From assembly GCA_963929525.1 (NCBI GenBank), contig CAWVJB010000038.1:1-48141 (forward strand): DNA of 48,141 nucleotides, in the 5' to 3' direction. Below the pieces are notes generated by a model. That model ran no database searches. It was not told the DNA's origin and saw only the letters and a list, made by a program, of their open reading frames with translations. The translations under genes were made by a program, and so were the position numbers. The stretch is from Bacillota bacterium. GTDB taxonomy: Bacteria > Bacillota > Clostridia > TANB77 > CAG-508. Of the stretch, positions 10,933 through 21,228 are shown in pieces (positions within the stretch are counted from its first letter, which is position 1; each line of letters opens with the position of its first letter).

Positions 10933-11071
10933 TGTAAGAAATTCTGCAAAAGTAAAATGAACCTAAAAAGTTAGACAAAAAGTTTGACAAAAAAGGTTCA
11001 TTTTTTTTGAATAAATTTGATAAAAATGGAAATAATGAAAAAAGAAATCAAAAAGAAAGGAATGATTAAAA

Positions 11072-11260
11072 ATGGCAGACTTAAATCAAATGGAATTACA
11101 ACATTTAAGACATCTTATTGGAGCACATGAAACAGCATATCAAAAATTAAACACATATGCTTCACAAGCAGTAGATCCACAAATCAAGCAACTTTTCACA
11201 AAATCTGCTCAAGATGCTTTAAATACAAAACAAAAATTAATGACATTTTTAAATAATTAA
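11072..11260 (+). CDS. Small spore-coat-associated protein
   Basis: 62 aa, ELQHLRHLI...YASQAVDPQIKQLF. Resembles the small partner usually found before Coat F genes in clostridia. Confidence 0.65.
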   Translation: MADLNQMELQHLRHLIGAHETAYQKLNTYASQAVDPQIKQLFTKSAQDALNTKQKLMTFLNN

Positions 11261-11270
11261 GGAGGAAATT

Positions 11271-11513
11271 ATGGACGAGAAAACAATGGTAAATGATATT
11301 TTAGCTGGAGTCAAATCAGATTTAACAGCATATCAAACAGCTATATCAGAAGCTGAGAATATGCAATTAAGACAAACTTTCCAACAAATCAGAAATAATG
11401 ATGAAAGTTTTCAATATGAGCTTTTTAAAATAGCCCAATCTAAAGGATATTATATTCCAGCACAAAAAGCTACTACAACAGAAGTGAATACAGTAAAAAC
11501 AGAATTACAATAA
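11271..11513 (+). CDS. Spore coat protein, Coat F (CotF) domain
   Basis: GGAGG RBS; EK-MVNDIL...YQTAISEAEN-QLRQTFQQI...ELFKIAQSKGYY pattern. Confidence 0.8.
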   Translation: MDEKTMVNDILAGVKSDLTAYQTAISEAENMQLRQTFQQIRNNDESFQYELFKIAQSKGYYIPAQKATTTEVNTVKTELQ

Positions 11514-11550
11514 GGATGTGCGAAAACAGTGACTTTGGGAACAGAGTGAT

Positions 11551-11593
11551 GGGGACGGAGCAAAACGATGTTTTTGCTCCGTCCTCAAAATCA
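11551..11593. repeat. GGGGACGGAGC hairpin element, family 2 (short form)
   Basis: GGGGACGGAGCAAAA-6 nt-TTTTGCTCCGTCCTC followed by AAAATCA; same core as 46845-47034. Confidence 0.85.
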
Positions 11594-11603
11594 ATTAGAC
11601 ATG

Positions 11604-11638
11604 AAAATGTCCCAAACAGAAACGTCCCCAATTGGACA
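11604..11638. repeat. GGGGACG-type small repeat, copy 2 (inverted)
   Basis: 33/35 identity to the reverse complement of 10013-10047. Confidence 0.85.
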
Positions 11639-11783
11639 AAAAGAAAAAGAGAGAAAAAATGAAAAAAAGGAAGTATTTATAAAAAAATGCAAAAAAACTT
11701 ACGGAAATTAGACTTTTTATATCATTGCAAAAATAATTATATTACAATATGATTACATTATCATATACAAAGGAGATAATGTA

Positions 11784-12794
11784 ATGGTTAAAAAGGTATT
11801 GATTCATGCAAGACGAGGAGTAAAAATCATTATTCTTTTTATGATTGCAATATTTTTAATTATTGGCGCAGTGGCATTTTTATATAAGCCTACATATAGT
11901 GTTTTTATTAATGGAGAACAAGTTGGGTATACAGCGAATAAATCTGATTTACAATATAGAATTAATGAATATGTAGATCATGGAGATGGAACAAATGAAA
12001 ATGTGGCTTTTGTTCAAGTAAATGACTTACCAGAGTATAAATTATGTCTATTAAAAAGAAATATTGTAACAAATGATGATGAAATATATGAAAAAGTGAT
12101 AGAAAAGGGTATTCCATATTATCGATATTATGCAATATTGGAAAATCAAGAAGAAAAGTGTTATGTATCTTCATTTGATGAAGCTGAAAATGTTGTGAAT
12201 ACATTAAAAGATAAAAATAGTGAGAATATAGATAAAATTTCGATTTTAGAGAAATATGAAACAGGAATAAAAGATTTAATTTCTGTTGATGAAGTAGTAT
12301 CTAAATTGTATGTAGAAAAGAAAACAAATGTAAAAGTAGCACAAAATACTGCTTCAAGGGCTTCTGCAGGATATATTAATACAGCTACAACTACATCAAG
12401 TGGAAAGGCTTCTTTAGGAATTTCATTAATTAGACCAATTTCGGGAACGATTACTTCTAGATTTGGGTCAAGAAGTAGTATTAGAAGTTCTGCACATACT
12501 GGATTAGATATATCAGCACCTACAGGAACAGCGATTAAAGCAGCAGCATCTGGAACAGTTTCATTTGCGGGAAGGAAAGGCTCTTATGGAAATATGTTAG
12601 TGATTTCTCATGGAAATGGTGTACAAACATATTATGCACATTGCAGTAAATTATATGCATCAGTAGGACAGAGTGTATCACAAGGTGAAACAATAGCAGC
12701 CGTAGGTTCAACAGGAAATTCTACAGGACCACATTTGCATTTAGAAGTTAGAGTAAATGGTGTGGCATATAATCCACAAAATTATGTATATTAA
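11784..12794 (+). CDS. M23 family peptidoglycan metallo-endopeptidase with N-terminal membrane anchor
   Basis: ITSRFG, HTGLD (HxxxD), YAHCS, GSTGNSTGPHLHLEV (HxH). Confidence 0.93.
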   Translation: MVKKVLIHARRGVKIIILFMIAIFLIIGAVAFLYKPTYSVFINGEQVGYTANKSDLQYRINEYVDHGDGTNENVAFVQVNDLPEYKLCLLKRNIVTNDDEIYEKVIEKGIPYYRYYAILENQEEKCYVSSFDEAENVVNTLKDKNSENIDKISILEKYETGIKDLISVDEVVSKLYVEKKTNVKVAQNTASRASAGYINTATTTSSGKASLGISLIRPISGTITSRFGSRSSIRSSAHTGLDISAPTGTAIKAAASGTVSFAGRKGSYGNMLVISHGNGVQTYYAHCSKLYASVGQSVSQGETIAAVGSTGNSTGPHLHLEVRVNGVAYNPQNYVY

Positions 12795-12839
12795 AATAAA
12801 GAATCCACAGTTTATGCGTAAATTGTGGATTCTTTATTT
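12794..12839. terminator. Bidirectional intrinsic terminator
   Basis: AAATAAAGAATCCACAGTTTA-TGCG-TAAATTGTGGATTCTTTATTT between convergent genes. Confidence 0.85.
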
Positions 12840-12856
12840 ACAATCTTTACATTTGT

Positions 12857-13486
12857 TTATGATAAGAAATATTTCATTCCAGTTTCAATGGCATTTTTCT
12901 TCATTATTGATTTACCATGTTCTAGTAACTTTAGTCTAAATGTTTCAGAATGAGAAGCTAAGCTTGCAAATTCAGATATCGTTGAGTAAAAAGTATGAAT
13001 ATGCGAAGATTCTGTATTTATATGAGAAAGTATAAGATAATATGTATCATTAAACAAATATAAAGCAATATTTTTTGCTAATTGTTTGGATTGAATTTTG
13101 CCTATTTTATGAATAGCAGTACAAAATTGGCAAAATTCTTCAAAACTAGAAAATTTATAAATGGTAGTATTACTTTTAGGATTTACATTTTTTATTTTCT
13201 TTTTCGGTTTTACTTTTAATTTATTAGATGATGTTGTTTTTTCCATATATTTTGTGATAGTAAATACAAAAAGACCATCTGAAGAAGAAAAAGCTTCTAC
13301 AAGAAGTTTATGACCTTCTGTATAAAATCCTACTTCTTTTTCTGCTTTTAAAAGCATTTCCAAAAATAATTTTTGAGATTCAATAGGCTTTTCCATAATA
13401 GTTTGATAATCTAAATTATTCTTTTTTAAATCTTCTGAATTTACAATGACACGAATTTTATTTTCAGTCAATTTTTCAATTTTCAT
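12857..13486 (-). CDS. mecA: Adaptor protein MecA (ClpC adaptor)
   Basis: MKIEKLTENKIRV...EDL N-terminus, IYKFSSFEE, LYLFNDTYYL, LLEHGKSIMKKNAIE; AAGGAGG RBS. Confidence 0.85.
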   Translation of the reverse strand: MKIEKLTENKIRVIVNSEDLKKNNLDYQTIMEKPIESQKLFLEMLLKAEKEVGFYTEGHKLLVEAFSSSDGLFVFTITKYMEKTTSSNKLKVKPKKKIKNVNPKSNTTIYKFSSFEEFCQFCTAIHKIGKIQSKQLAKNIALYLFNDTYYLILSHINTESSHIHTFYSTISEFASLASHSETFRLKLLEHGKSIMKKNAIETGMKYFLS

Positions 13487-13624
13487 ATATAAAGAGTGCC
13501 TCCTTAAAATCTATTAATTATATTATACTACTAATATTATTATATTTAAATAGATAATTTTTGGTAATCATTTTTAAACAAAAATAATATACCACATAAA
13601 TATAAAAAAAGTAAAGCTTTTTAC

Positions 13625-13653
13625 TTGAAAAAAATGTTAAATCAATATATAAT
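13625..13653 (+). promoter_or_regulatory. Putative sigmaA promoter of the DUF4321-radC-mre cluster
   Basis: TTGAAA-17 nt-TATAAT. Confidence 0.6.
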
Positions 13654-13712
13654 ACCAATATGTGAAAAAATAAATAGCCGTAAGAAGTAAAGGCTGATTT
13701 GGAGGTATAAAA

Positions 13713-13970
13713 ATGGCAACAAAAGACAAAAATATATGGATATTAATCGTATTTATTTTATCAGGACTAGTAGTAGGGGGATTATTAGGACAACTTGCAG
13801 CTAATGTTGATTGGTTATGGTGGCTTTCTTATAGTCAAACTTTTGGATTACAAGATCCCATTGTTTTAGACTTAAGTGTTATGACTATCACATTTGCTTT
13901 AATGTTTAAAATCAGTGTAGCAAGTATTATAGGAATGCTTTTAGCAATTTTAATTTATCGAAAAATATAA
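13713..13970 (+). CDS. DUF4321-type small membrane protein
   Basis: GLVVGGLLGQL...WLSY..TFG...LDLSV...SVASIIG pattern; a usual neighbour of radC/mre in clostridia. Confidence 0.75.
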   Translation: MATKDKNIWILIVFILSGLVVGGLLGQLAANVDWLWWLSYSQTFGLQDPIVLDLSVMTITFALMFKISVASIIGMLLAILIYRKI

Positions 13971-14024
13971 AAACTATTTAATAAAAAAAGGGGCAAAATA
14001 TGAATCAAAGAAAGGAAGGATATT

Positions 14025-14732
14025 TTGTCTATTACAATAAAACAATTACCAGAAACAGAAAGACCATATGAAAAAATGGAATTATATGGAGAAAATGCAT
14101 TATCAAATGCAGAGTTATTAGCAATCATTCTTAAAACAGGAACCAAAGAAGAATCTTCAGTGGTGATTGCTCAAAAATTATTAAGTCTTTATCCAGAATC
14201 TGAAAATAATTTAGATTTTTTAAAAGAAATGTCAATAGAAGAATTTATGCACATAAAAGGGATTGGAAAAGTAAAAGCAATTCAATTAAAAGCAGTAGCA
14301 GAATTAGCCAAAAGGATGACTACACCATCAAATTACCAAAGAGTAAAAATTAAAAAGCCAGAAGATATTGCAAGATTACTAATGGAAGAAATGAGATTAA
14401 AAAAACAAGAATATGTAAAATTAATTCTTTTAAATAATAAAAACGAAATTATAAAAATAAAGAAAATTGCACAAGGGGGAATTCACTCAGTGAATACGTC
14501 ATTAAGGGAAATTTTGGCAGAGCCTATAAAAATACAAGTACCTAAAATCATATTAATTCATAATCATCCTAGTGGTGATTCCACACCTAGTCAAGCAGAC
14601 ATACAAATGACCAAAAAGCTCTTTGAGATGGCACAATTATTTGATATAGAATTATTGGATCATATTGTTATCGGCAATAGAAACTATACGAGTATTATGT
14701 CAAAGATATTAACAGAAGATGAAGAAATATGA
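14025..14732 (+). CDS. radC: RadC/UPF0758 JAB-domain protein
   Basis: ERPYEK, LSNAELLAIIL-TG, IKGIGKVKA, HNHPSGD-TPS-AD, LLDHIVIG. Confidence 0.95.
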   Translation: MSITIKQLPETERPYEKMELYGENALSNAELLAIILKTGTKEESSVVIAQKLLSLYPESENNLDFLKEMSIEEFMHIKGIGKVKAIQLKAVAELAKRMTTPSNYQRVKIKKPEDIARLLMEEMRLKKQEYVKLILLNNKNEIIKIKKIAQGGIHSVNTSLREILAEPIKIQVPKIILIHNHPSGDSTPSQADIQMTKKLFEMAQLFDIELLDHIVIGNRNYTSIMSKILTEDEEI

Positions 14733-15789
<1,057 letters not shown>

Positions 15790-15806
15790 AATGTTAGGAG
15801 TAGAAA

Positions 15807-16622
15807 ATGTATAAAAATAAAAAGGCAGAAATTGCAGGGATTCTTATCACAATTATAATTTTAATTATTATTGTTGTACTTTCAAATGTAGATAATGGAA
15901 CTTCATTTATTGAAAATGCAGCAAGCAAATTCGTTATGCCAATACAAAATGGATTAACCTATTTAAAAAATAAAATAAGTGGTAACAATACATTTTTTAC
16001 AGATATCAACAATTTAAAACAAGAAAATGAAGAATTAAGCAAAAAAAATAGTGAATTAGAGCAATCATTAAGAGAATTGGAAAGTATCAAATCTGAGAAT
16101 GAAACCTTAAAAGAATATTTAGGATTAACAGAAAAGTATGGAGAATACAGTACTGTACCGGCCTATATTATTAATAAAGATGTCAGTAACTATTCAAAAA
16201 CAATTGTTATTAATGTAGGTAGTAATGATGGAATAAAAGAAAATATGACCGTTATTGCTGACCAAGGATTAGTAGGTCATGTTATTTCTGTTACAAGTGA
16301 TACTGCAAAAGTAACAACCATTATTGATACATCTAGTTCTGTTAGTTGCTTATTAAGTACAACGGATGAAAGCATTGTATGTAAGGGAACTTTGGATGAA
16401 GAATCTGCATTAAAAGCTATGTATATACCTGATGATGATGGAATTATACAAGGAGATAGTGTAGAAACGTCTGGATTGGGAGGAATCTATCCAAAAGGAA
16501 TTCATGTAGGAAATATTAAAAGAGTGGTGAATACGCAAAATGCAATAGATAGATATGCCATTGTGCAAACTGCCGTAGATTTTGACAAACTAGATACTGT
16601 ATTAGTTATCACAAATCAATAG
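15807..16622 (+). CDS. mreC: Rod shape-determining protein MreC
   Basis: N-terminal TM, coiled coil (ENETLKEYL), GLVGHV, ETSGLGGIYPKGIHVG; follows mreB. Confidence 0.93.
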   Translation: MYKNKKAEIAGILITIIILIIIVVLSNVDNGTSFIENAASKFVMPIQNGLTYLKNKISGNNTFFTDINNLKQENEELSKKNSELEQSLRELESIKSENETLKEYLGLTEKYGEYSTVPAYIINKDVSNYSKTIVINVGSNDGIKENMTVIADQGLVGHVISVTSDTAKVTTIIDTSSSVSCLLSTTDESIVCKGTLDEESALKAMYIPDDDGIIQGDSVETSGLGGIYPKGIHVGNIKRVVNTQNAIDRYAIVQTAVDFDKLDTVLVITNQ

Positions 16623-16626
16623 AGAG

Positions 16627-17169
16627 GTGAAATCTTTGAAAAAATTTACAATAAATATATTATTGATCATAACTGCATGGATAATCTATTTTTTACAAGC
16701 AAATTTTTTTAATTGGTTTACCATTTCTGGTGTCATGCCTAGTTTATTTGTTATATTTGTTTTATTTATTGGATTATTTTCCAATCGTATCACAGGAGTG
16801 GTATATGGTGTAACTATTGGAGCAATGCTGGATTTAGTCATCGGAATGCAAATTGGAATTCATGCTGTTGGATTAGGAATTATAGGCTTTTTAGCTGCTA
16901 CTTTTGATAAAAACTTTTCAAAAGATAGTAGAGCAACCATTATGTTTATGGTATTAGGTGCTACTTGTATATATGAAATTGTTGTGTATATCTTAAATTA
17001 TATGGTCTTTTCTACAAATTTAGAAATTGTAAATTTTATTAGAATATTAGCTATTGAAATTATCTATAATTTAATTCTTGTAATTATTTTGTATCCATTC
17101 ATACAGAAATTTGGATATGCAATTGAAAATGAATATAAGGGAAATAAAATTTTAACAAGGTATTTTTAA
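16627..17169 (+). CDS. mreD: Rod shape-determining protein MreD
   Basis: Hydrophobic 180-aa protein (GVMPSL, G-MLDL) directly after mreC. Confidence 0.85.
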   Translation: MKSLKKFTINILLIITAWIIYFLQANFFNWFTISGVMPSLFVIFVLFIGLFSNRITGVVYGVTIGAMLDLVIGMQIGIHAVGLGIIGFLAATFDKNFSKDSRATIMFMVLGATCIYEIVVYILNYMVFSTNLEIVNFIRILAIEIIYNLILVIILYPFIQKFGYAIENEYKGNKILTRYF

Positions 17170-17273
17170 ATTAAATATATATTTAGAATGACTCTTAATT
17201 CCATATATAAAGAGTAGTGTAAAAAAATTATAAAAAAACACCTTGTTAAAAGTAAAGAGAGGAAGGTGAAGCC

Positions 17274-19409
17274 TTGAAAGGATTAAGTTTTAAAAAAGAA
17301 AAACGAAAAGCAAAGAGCAATTTGAATTTGAGATTTAATATGTTAACTGTACTTACCTATATAGTGGGAATTGTTTTGATTATCCAATTATTCAATTTGC
17401 AAATTGTACATGGGGCAGAATATAGAGAAGAATCTAATACAAGACTTACCAGAGAGACTACTTTACAAGCTGCAAGAGGAGAAATTTTAGATAGAACGGG
17501 AACAGAATTAGTTACGAATTCGACGAAATTTAGTGTGGAATTATATAAAACAAAAATAGATGATAATGAGTTAAACAATTCTATTTTAAATATAGTGAAT
17601 TTATTAGAAAAATATCAAATAGAATATGTAGATTCTTTTCCAATATCTATAGAACCTTTTCAATATACAATACAGGATGAAACTTTAGTAAATTGGAAAG
17701 AAACATATGACTTAGATGAAAATGCATCTGCAGAAGAAGTGTTTTATGATTTTAAAGAGAAATATGAAATACAAAATACCAATATAGCGGAAATTAGAAA
17801 AATCATAGCTATCCGATATGAGATAACCACAATCGGATATAGTAGTACAAAAGCACTAACGATTGCAGAAGATATTCCAAGAGAGGCTGTGGCGGAATTT
17901 TCAGAAAGTAGTGATAAATTTCCTGGAATTAATATTGTAACACAACCTGTAAGAGAATATACTTCTGGAATGCTTGCTTCTCATATTTTAGGATATGCAT
18001 CTACCATTAGTGCAGAAGAATATGCTACTAGAAAAGATACATATGACCAAAATGATATCATTGGAAAAACTGGAATTGAATATGTTTTTGAAGAGTATTT
18101 AAAAGGACAAGATGGAACAAAACAAATTGATATGGCAGTTGATGGAACCATTACTTCAGAATATATTTCTGAAGAAGCAATTGCAGGAAGTGATATTGTC
18201 TTGACCATAGATGCAAACTTACAAAAAATTACAGAACAAGCATTAGAAGCAAATATACAAAAAATTGCTTCTGGTGGTTTTGGACAAAGATATGATGCTA
18301 AAGCTGGTAGTTGTGTTGTTATGAATGTCAAAACAGGAGAAATATTGGCAATAGCAAGTTACCCCAATTATGACCCTGCAGATTTTGTAGGAGGAATTGG
18401 CACAGATAAATGGAATCAATATAATACAGATCCAGCAAAACCATTAATGAATAAAGCTGTACAAAATTCTTATCCACCAGGTTCTATCTTTAAAATGGTA
18501 ACAGCTATTGCGGGATTAGAGTCAGGCGTAATTAGCAGAACAGAACTAATTAATGATGTAGGAGAATATCGAAAATATGGAGAAGAATGGCCTTGTTGGT
18601 ATTATACAGATTATCATGTAGGGCATGGTCGTTTAAATGTTTCACAAGCGATAGAAAGATCATGTAATTATTTCTTTTATGAAACAGGAGACAGAATGGG
18701 AATTGAAACATTAGCAAAATATGCTAGATATTTTGGCTTAGGGGTAAAAACAGGTGTAGAATTACCAAGTGAAACATCAGGTGCTATGGCAACACCGGAA
18801 TATGCTGCTACAGTGAAAACGCCTTGGACAAAAGGTCAGACAATAATTGCTTCTATTGGACAGGGATTGGATAATTTTAGCCCATTGCAAATGACAAAAT
18901 ATATTAGTATGTTGGCAAATGGGGGACATAATATTGATGTTTCTATTGTAAAAAGTATTATTAAGCCAGATGGAACACAAGCATCTACAGAAGAAATTAA
19001 CCGTTTTGTTAACCAAAAATTAGGATTGGGAGATAATACAACTGAAGAATTAACCATTCATCAAGAAAATTTAGATGCCATTTTAGCAGGAATGCGTTCT
19101 GTAACAAGTGATACTACAGGAACAGCATATGTAAGATTCCAAGATTTTGGTATTTCTGTTGGAGGAAAAACAGGTTCAGCAGAAGCAGGAAAAGATGAAA
19201 ATCAAAAAGATATTGTACATGCTTGGTTTGCAGGATTTGCCCCATTTGAGGATCCAGAAATTGCTGTTGTGGTTATGGTAGAAAATGGTGGTCATGGAAA
19301 TTATACAGCAGAAGTTGTCAGAGATGTTATGGAAGAGTATTTTGGAATGAATACACAAGAAGTACAAGAGGATATGGGTGCGGTTAATTATAATCAATCT
19401 CTAAGATAA
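17274..19409 (+). CDS. mrdA: Penicillin-binding protein 2 (class B transpeptidase)
   Basis: ARGEILDR, GKTGIE, PGSIFK (SxxK), SCN (SxN), GKTGSAE (KTG), AWFAGFAP. Confidence 0.92.
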   Translation: MKGLSFKKEKRKAKSNLNLRFNMLTVLTYIVGIVLIIQLFNLQIVHGAEYREESNTRLTRETTLQAARGEILDRTGTELVTNSTKFSVELYKTKIDDNELNNSILNIVNLLEKYQIEYVDSFPISIEPFQYTIQDETLVNWKETYDLDENASAEEVFYDFKEKYEIQNTNIAEIRKIIAIRYEITTIGYSSTKALTIAEDIPREAVAEFSESSDKFPGINIVTQPVREYTSGMLASHILGYASTISAEEYATRKDTYDQNDIIGKTGIEYVFEEYLKGQDGTKQIDMAVDGTITSEYISEEAIAGSDIVLTIDANLQKITEQALEANIQKIASGGFGQRYDAKAGSCVVMNVKTGEILAIASYPNYDPADFVGGIGTDKWNQYNTDPAKPLMNKAVQNSYPPGSIFKMVTAIAGLESGVISRTELINDVGEYRKYGEEWPCWYYTDYHVGHGRLNVSQAIERSCNYFFYETGDRMGIETLAKYARYFGLGVKTGVELPSETSGAMATPEYAATVKTPWTKGQTIIASIGQGLDNFSPLQMTKYISMLANGGHNIDVSIVKSIIKPDGTQASTEEINRFVNQKLGLGDNTTEELTIHQENLDAILAGMRSVTSDTTGTAYVRFQDFGISVGGKTGSAEAGKDENQKDIVHAWFAGFAPFEDPEIAVVVMVENGGHGNYTAEVVRDVMEEYFGMNTQEVQEDMGAVNYNQSLR

Positions 19410-19469
19410 GTTGAAAAATAATTGCGTTTTGGCGTTGTTAGACAAAGTAATTAAAGGAAGGATGTAAAA

Positions 19470-20081
19470 ATGAAAAATTGTGTTAGTATTAATTTAAGAA
19501 AAAACGAAATTGTCATTAAAATTAGTGATGAAGCAGAGCAGAAAGATATTATGGATAATTTAAGAAAAAAACTTCCTAAATTAAAAAAAATGTATAAAAA
19601 CGAAAAAACCCCGATCATGGTGACTGGGAAAATTTTAAAAAACAAAGAAATAGATGAAATACAAGAATTAATCAAACACAATATCGATGTGGAAATAGAT
19701 TTTGATATGCCAAAATCTTTAGGGCTTTCTAGTATCACAAGAACGTTTAATAAAGAAATTGCCATTTCTGAAACGAAATTTCACAGAGGTTCTTTACGTT
19801 CAGGACAAAAAATGGAAACAGAAGGAAGCATAGTTATCTTAGGGGATGTCAATTCTGGTGCAGAGGTGATTGCTTCTGATAATATTGTCGTTTTAGGTGC
19901 TTTAAGAGGTTTGGCACATGCAGGCGCAAAGGGCAACAAACAAGCAATTATTTCCGCAGGAAGTTTAGATACGGTGCAAATCCGAATAGCAAATGTCATT
20001 AAAGAGATTGATAGGGATGAGGAACCACTGCACAAACAAGCATATGTGAGTATTATTGATAATGAAATTGTCATAGAATAA
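19470..20081 (+). CDS. minC: Septum site-determining protein MinC
   Basis: SLRSGQ, GSIVILGDVNSGAEVIA, IVVLGALRGLAHAG. Confidence 0.92.
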   Translation: MKNCVSINLRKNEIVIKISDEAEQKDIMDNLRKKLPKLKKMYKNEKTPIMVTGKILKNKEIDEIQELIKHNIDVEIDFDMPKSLGLSSITRTFNKEIAISETKFHRGSLRSGQKMETEGSIVILGDVNSGAEVIASDNIVVLGALRGLAHAGAKGNKQAIISAGSLDTVQIRIANVIKEIDRDEEPLHKQAYVSIIDNEIVIE

Positions 20082-20083
20082 AT

Positions 20084-20482
20084 TTAACCAATTAGTAATA
20101 AAATTAATAAGATAAATAACATGTCATCTTTTACTTCTTCTTTATACAAAAAATATAATAAAGCCAATATGATGACATCATCTAAGTATATTTTTTGACC
20201 AGAAATTTCTAACACAGGTTTCTCTTGGTTAGATAAACCTTCTGTGTTTATGAAAATAGGACCAATCGAAAAATACTTAGATGATTTTTTTTCATGTTTT
20301 GATTCATGATTTTGATTGCTTGTATCTCCATTTTTTCTTATTTCCGTATGTGATGGACTATAATTCGTAAGTGTTTTTTGTGTGTTTGCGAATACAGAAT
20401 CTGGTGTATGATTATGATTTCTTGGATAACTACGTAAATAAGGAGGAAAAGGAGATCTAAAAAAAGGCATATGATTAATCAC
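20084..20482 (-). CDS. Hypothetical protein with C-terminal hydrophobic helices
   Basis: Likely GTG start at 20482, 7 nt after AAGGAG; C-terminal DDVIILALLYFLYKE...DDMLFILLILLL. Confidence 0.6.
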   Translation of the reverse strand: MINHMPFFRSPFPPYLRSYPRNHNHTPDSVFANTQKTLTNYSPSHTEIRKNGDTSNQNHESKHEKKSSKYFSIGPIFINTEGLSNQEKPVLEISGQKIYLDDVIILALLYFLYKEEVKDDMLFILLILLLIG

Positions 20483-20924
20483 TAGATTTCTCCTTACCAT
20501 TGTTTTGATTAAATAATTCAATGATATTTGCCATATTTAGAATATTGGCATATTGGTCTAATTTACTTTTTTTCTCATCTCTTAAATAGGGTTTTAGGGA
20601 CTGTAATAAATTTGATCTGGGATCAGCAGTTTGATTCATTTTTTCCATCACAGATTTCATTTTCAACATAGTATTCATATCGATTTTACTAAAGTCAAAC
20701 GTATGATTGCTTGAATTACTAGATGAATGATCATTTGTATCTGTATCAACAACTTCTTTGTCATTATGTTGATTTTCATTCATGTTCGCATTTCCATTCA
20801 TTATATTTGAAACATTTTTTAACGTATCTGGAGGAATTTGAGAAAGTAGATCATTTAAATTTCCGTTATTTAACATAGAATTTAATTTATCCATTGTTTG
20901 TTTATCAATGTTAAAATTATCCAA
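20475..20924 (-). CDS. Hypothetical N/M-rich protein
   Basis: Likely TTG start after GAGGTG; DPRSNLLQSLKPYL...KLD motif seen in clostridial hypothetical proteins; overlaps the start of the next gene. Confidence 0.65.
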   Translation of the reverse strand: MDNFNIDKQTMDKLNSMLNNGNLNDLLSQIPPDTLKNVSNIMNGNANMNENQHNDKEVVDTDTNDHSSSNSSNHTFDFSKIDMNTMLKMKSVMEKMNQTADPRSNLLQSLKPYLRDEKKSKLDQYANILNMANIIELFNQNNGKEKSSD

Positions 20925-21131
20925 TATAATCACCTCATATCATATATATTCAAATTATAAAATTCTATGTAATATCATATGCAAAATCAAGAAATATGTG
21001 AATTGTTATTCCAATCGTGTTTGTCATTCCATAAAATTTATATAAATAGCAGTTTTAGGTTATTCAATATAATTTTGATTGTTAAAACGTAACATAAAAA
21101 GTTAAAAAAGTAAAAAAATGCCACAAAAATG

Positions 21132-21160
21132 TTGAAAAATCAAGAAAAAAAGGGTATAAT
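21132..21160 (+). promoter_or_regulatory. Putative sigmaA promoter of surface-protein operon 1
   Basis: TTGAAA-17 nt-TATAAT. Confidence 0.6.
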
Positions 21161-21228
21161 AAATAATAGGTATGATAAAAAATATAATGTTGAAATTGTG
21201 TAAAATTTTAGTTCGGGAGGGTAATAAA

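Noticed and set aside
17191-17215. Terminator between mreD and pbp2 (ACTCTT...AAGAGT)
   Set aside because: The stem is only 6 bp and AT-rich with no T tail; too weak to call.
21172-21228. In-frame CGG (21214-21216) in the ORF-track N-terminus of A1, an apparent counter-example to CGG avoidance
   Set aside because: It is part of the GGGAGG RBS for ATG 21229, where the signal peptide begins, so it is probably untranslated.
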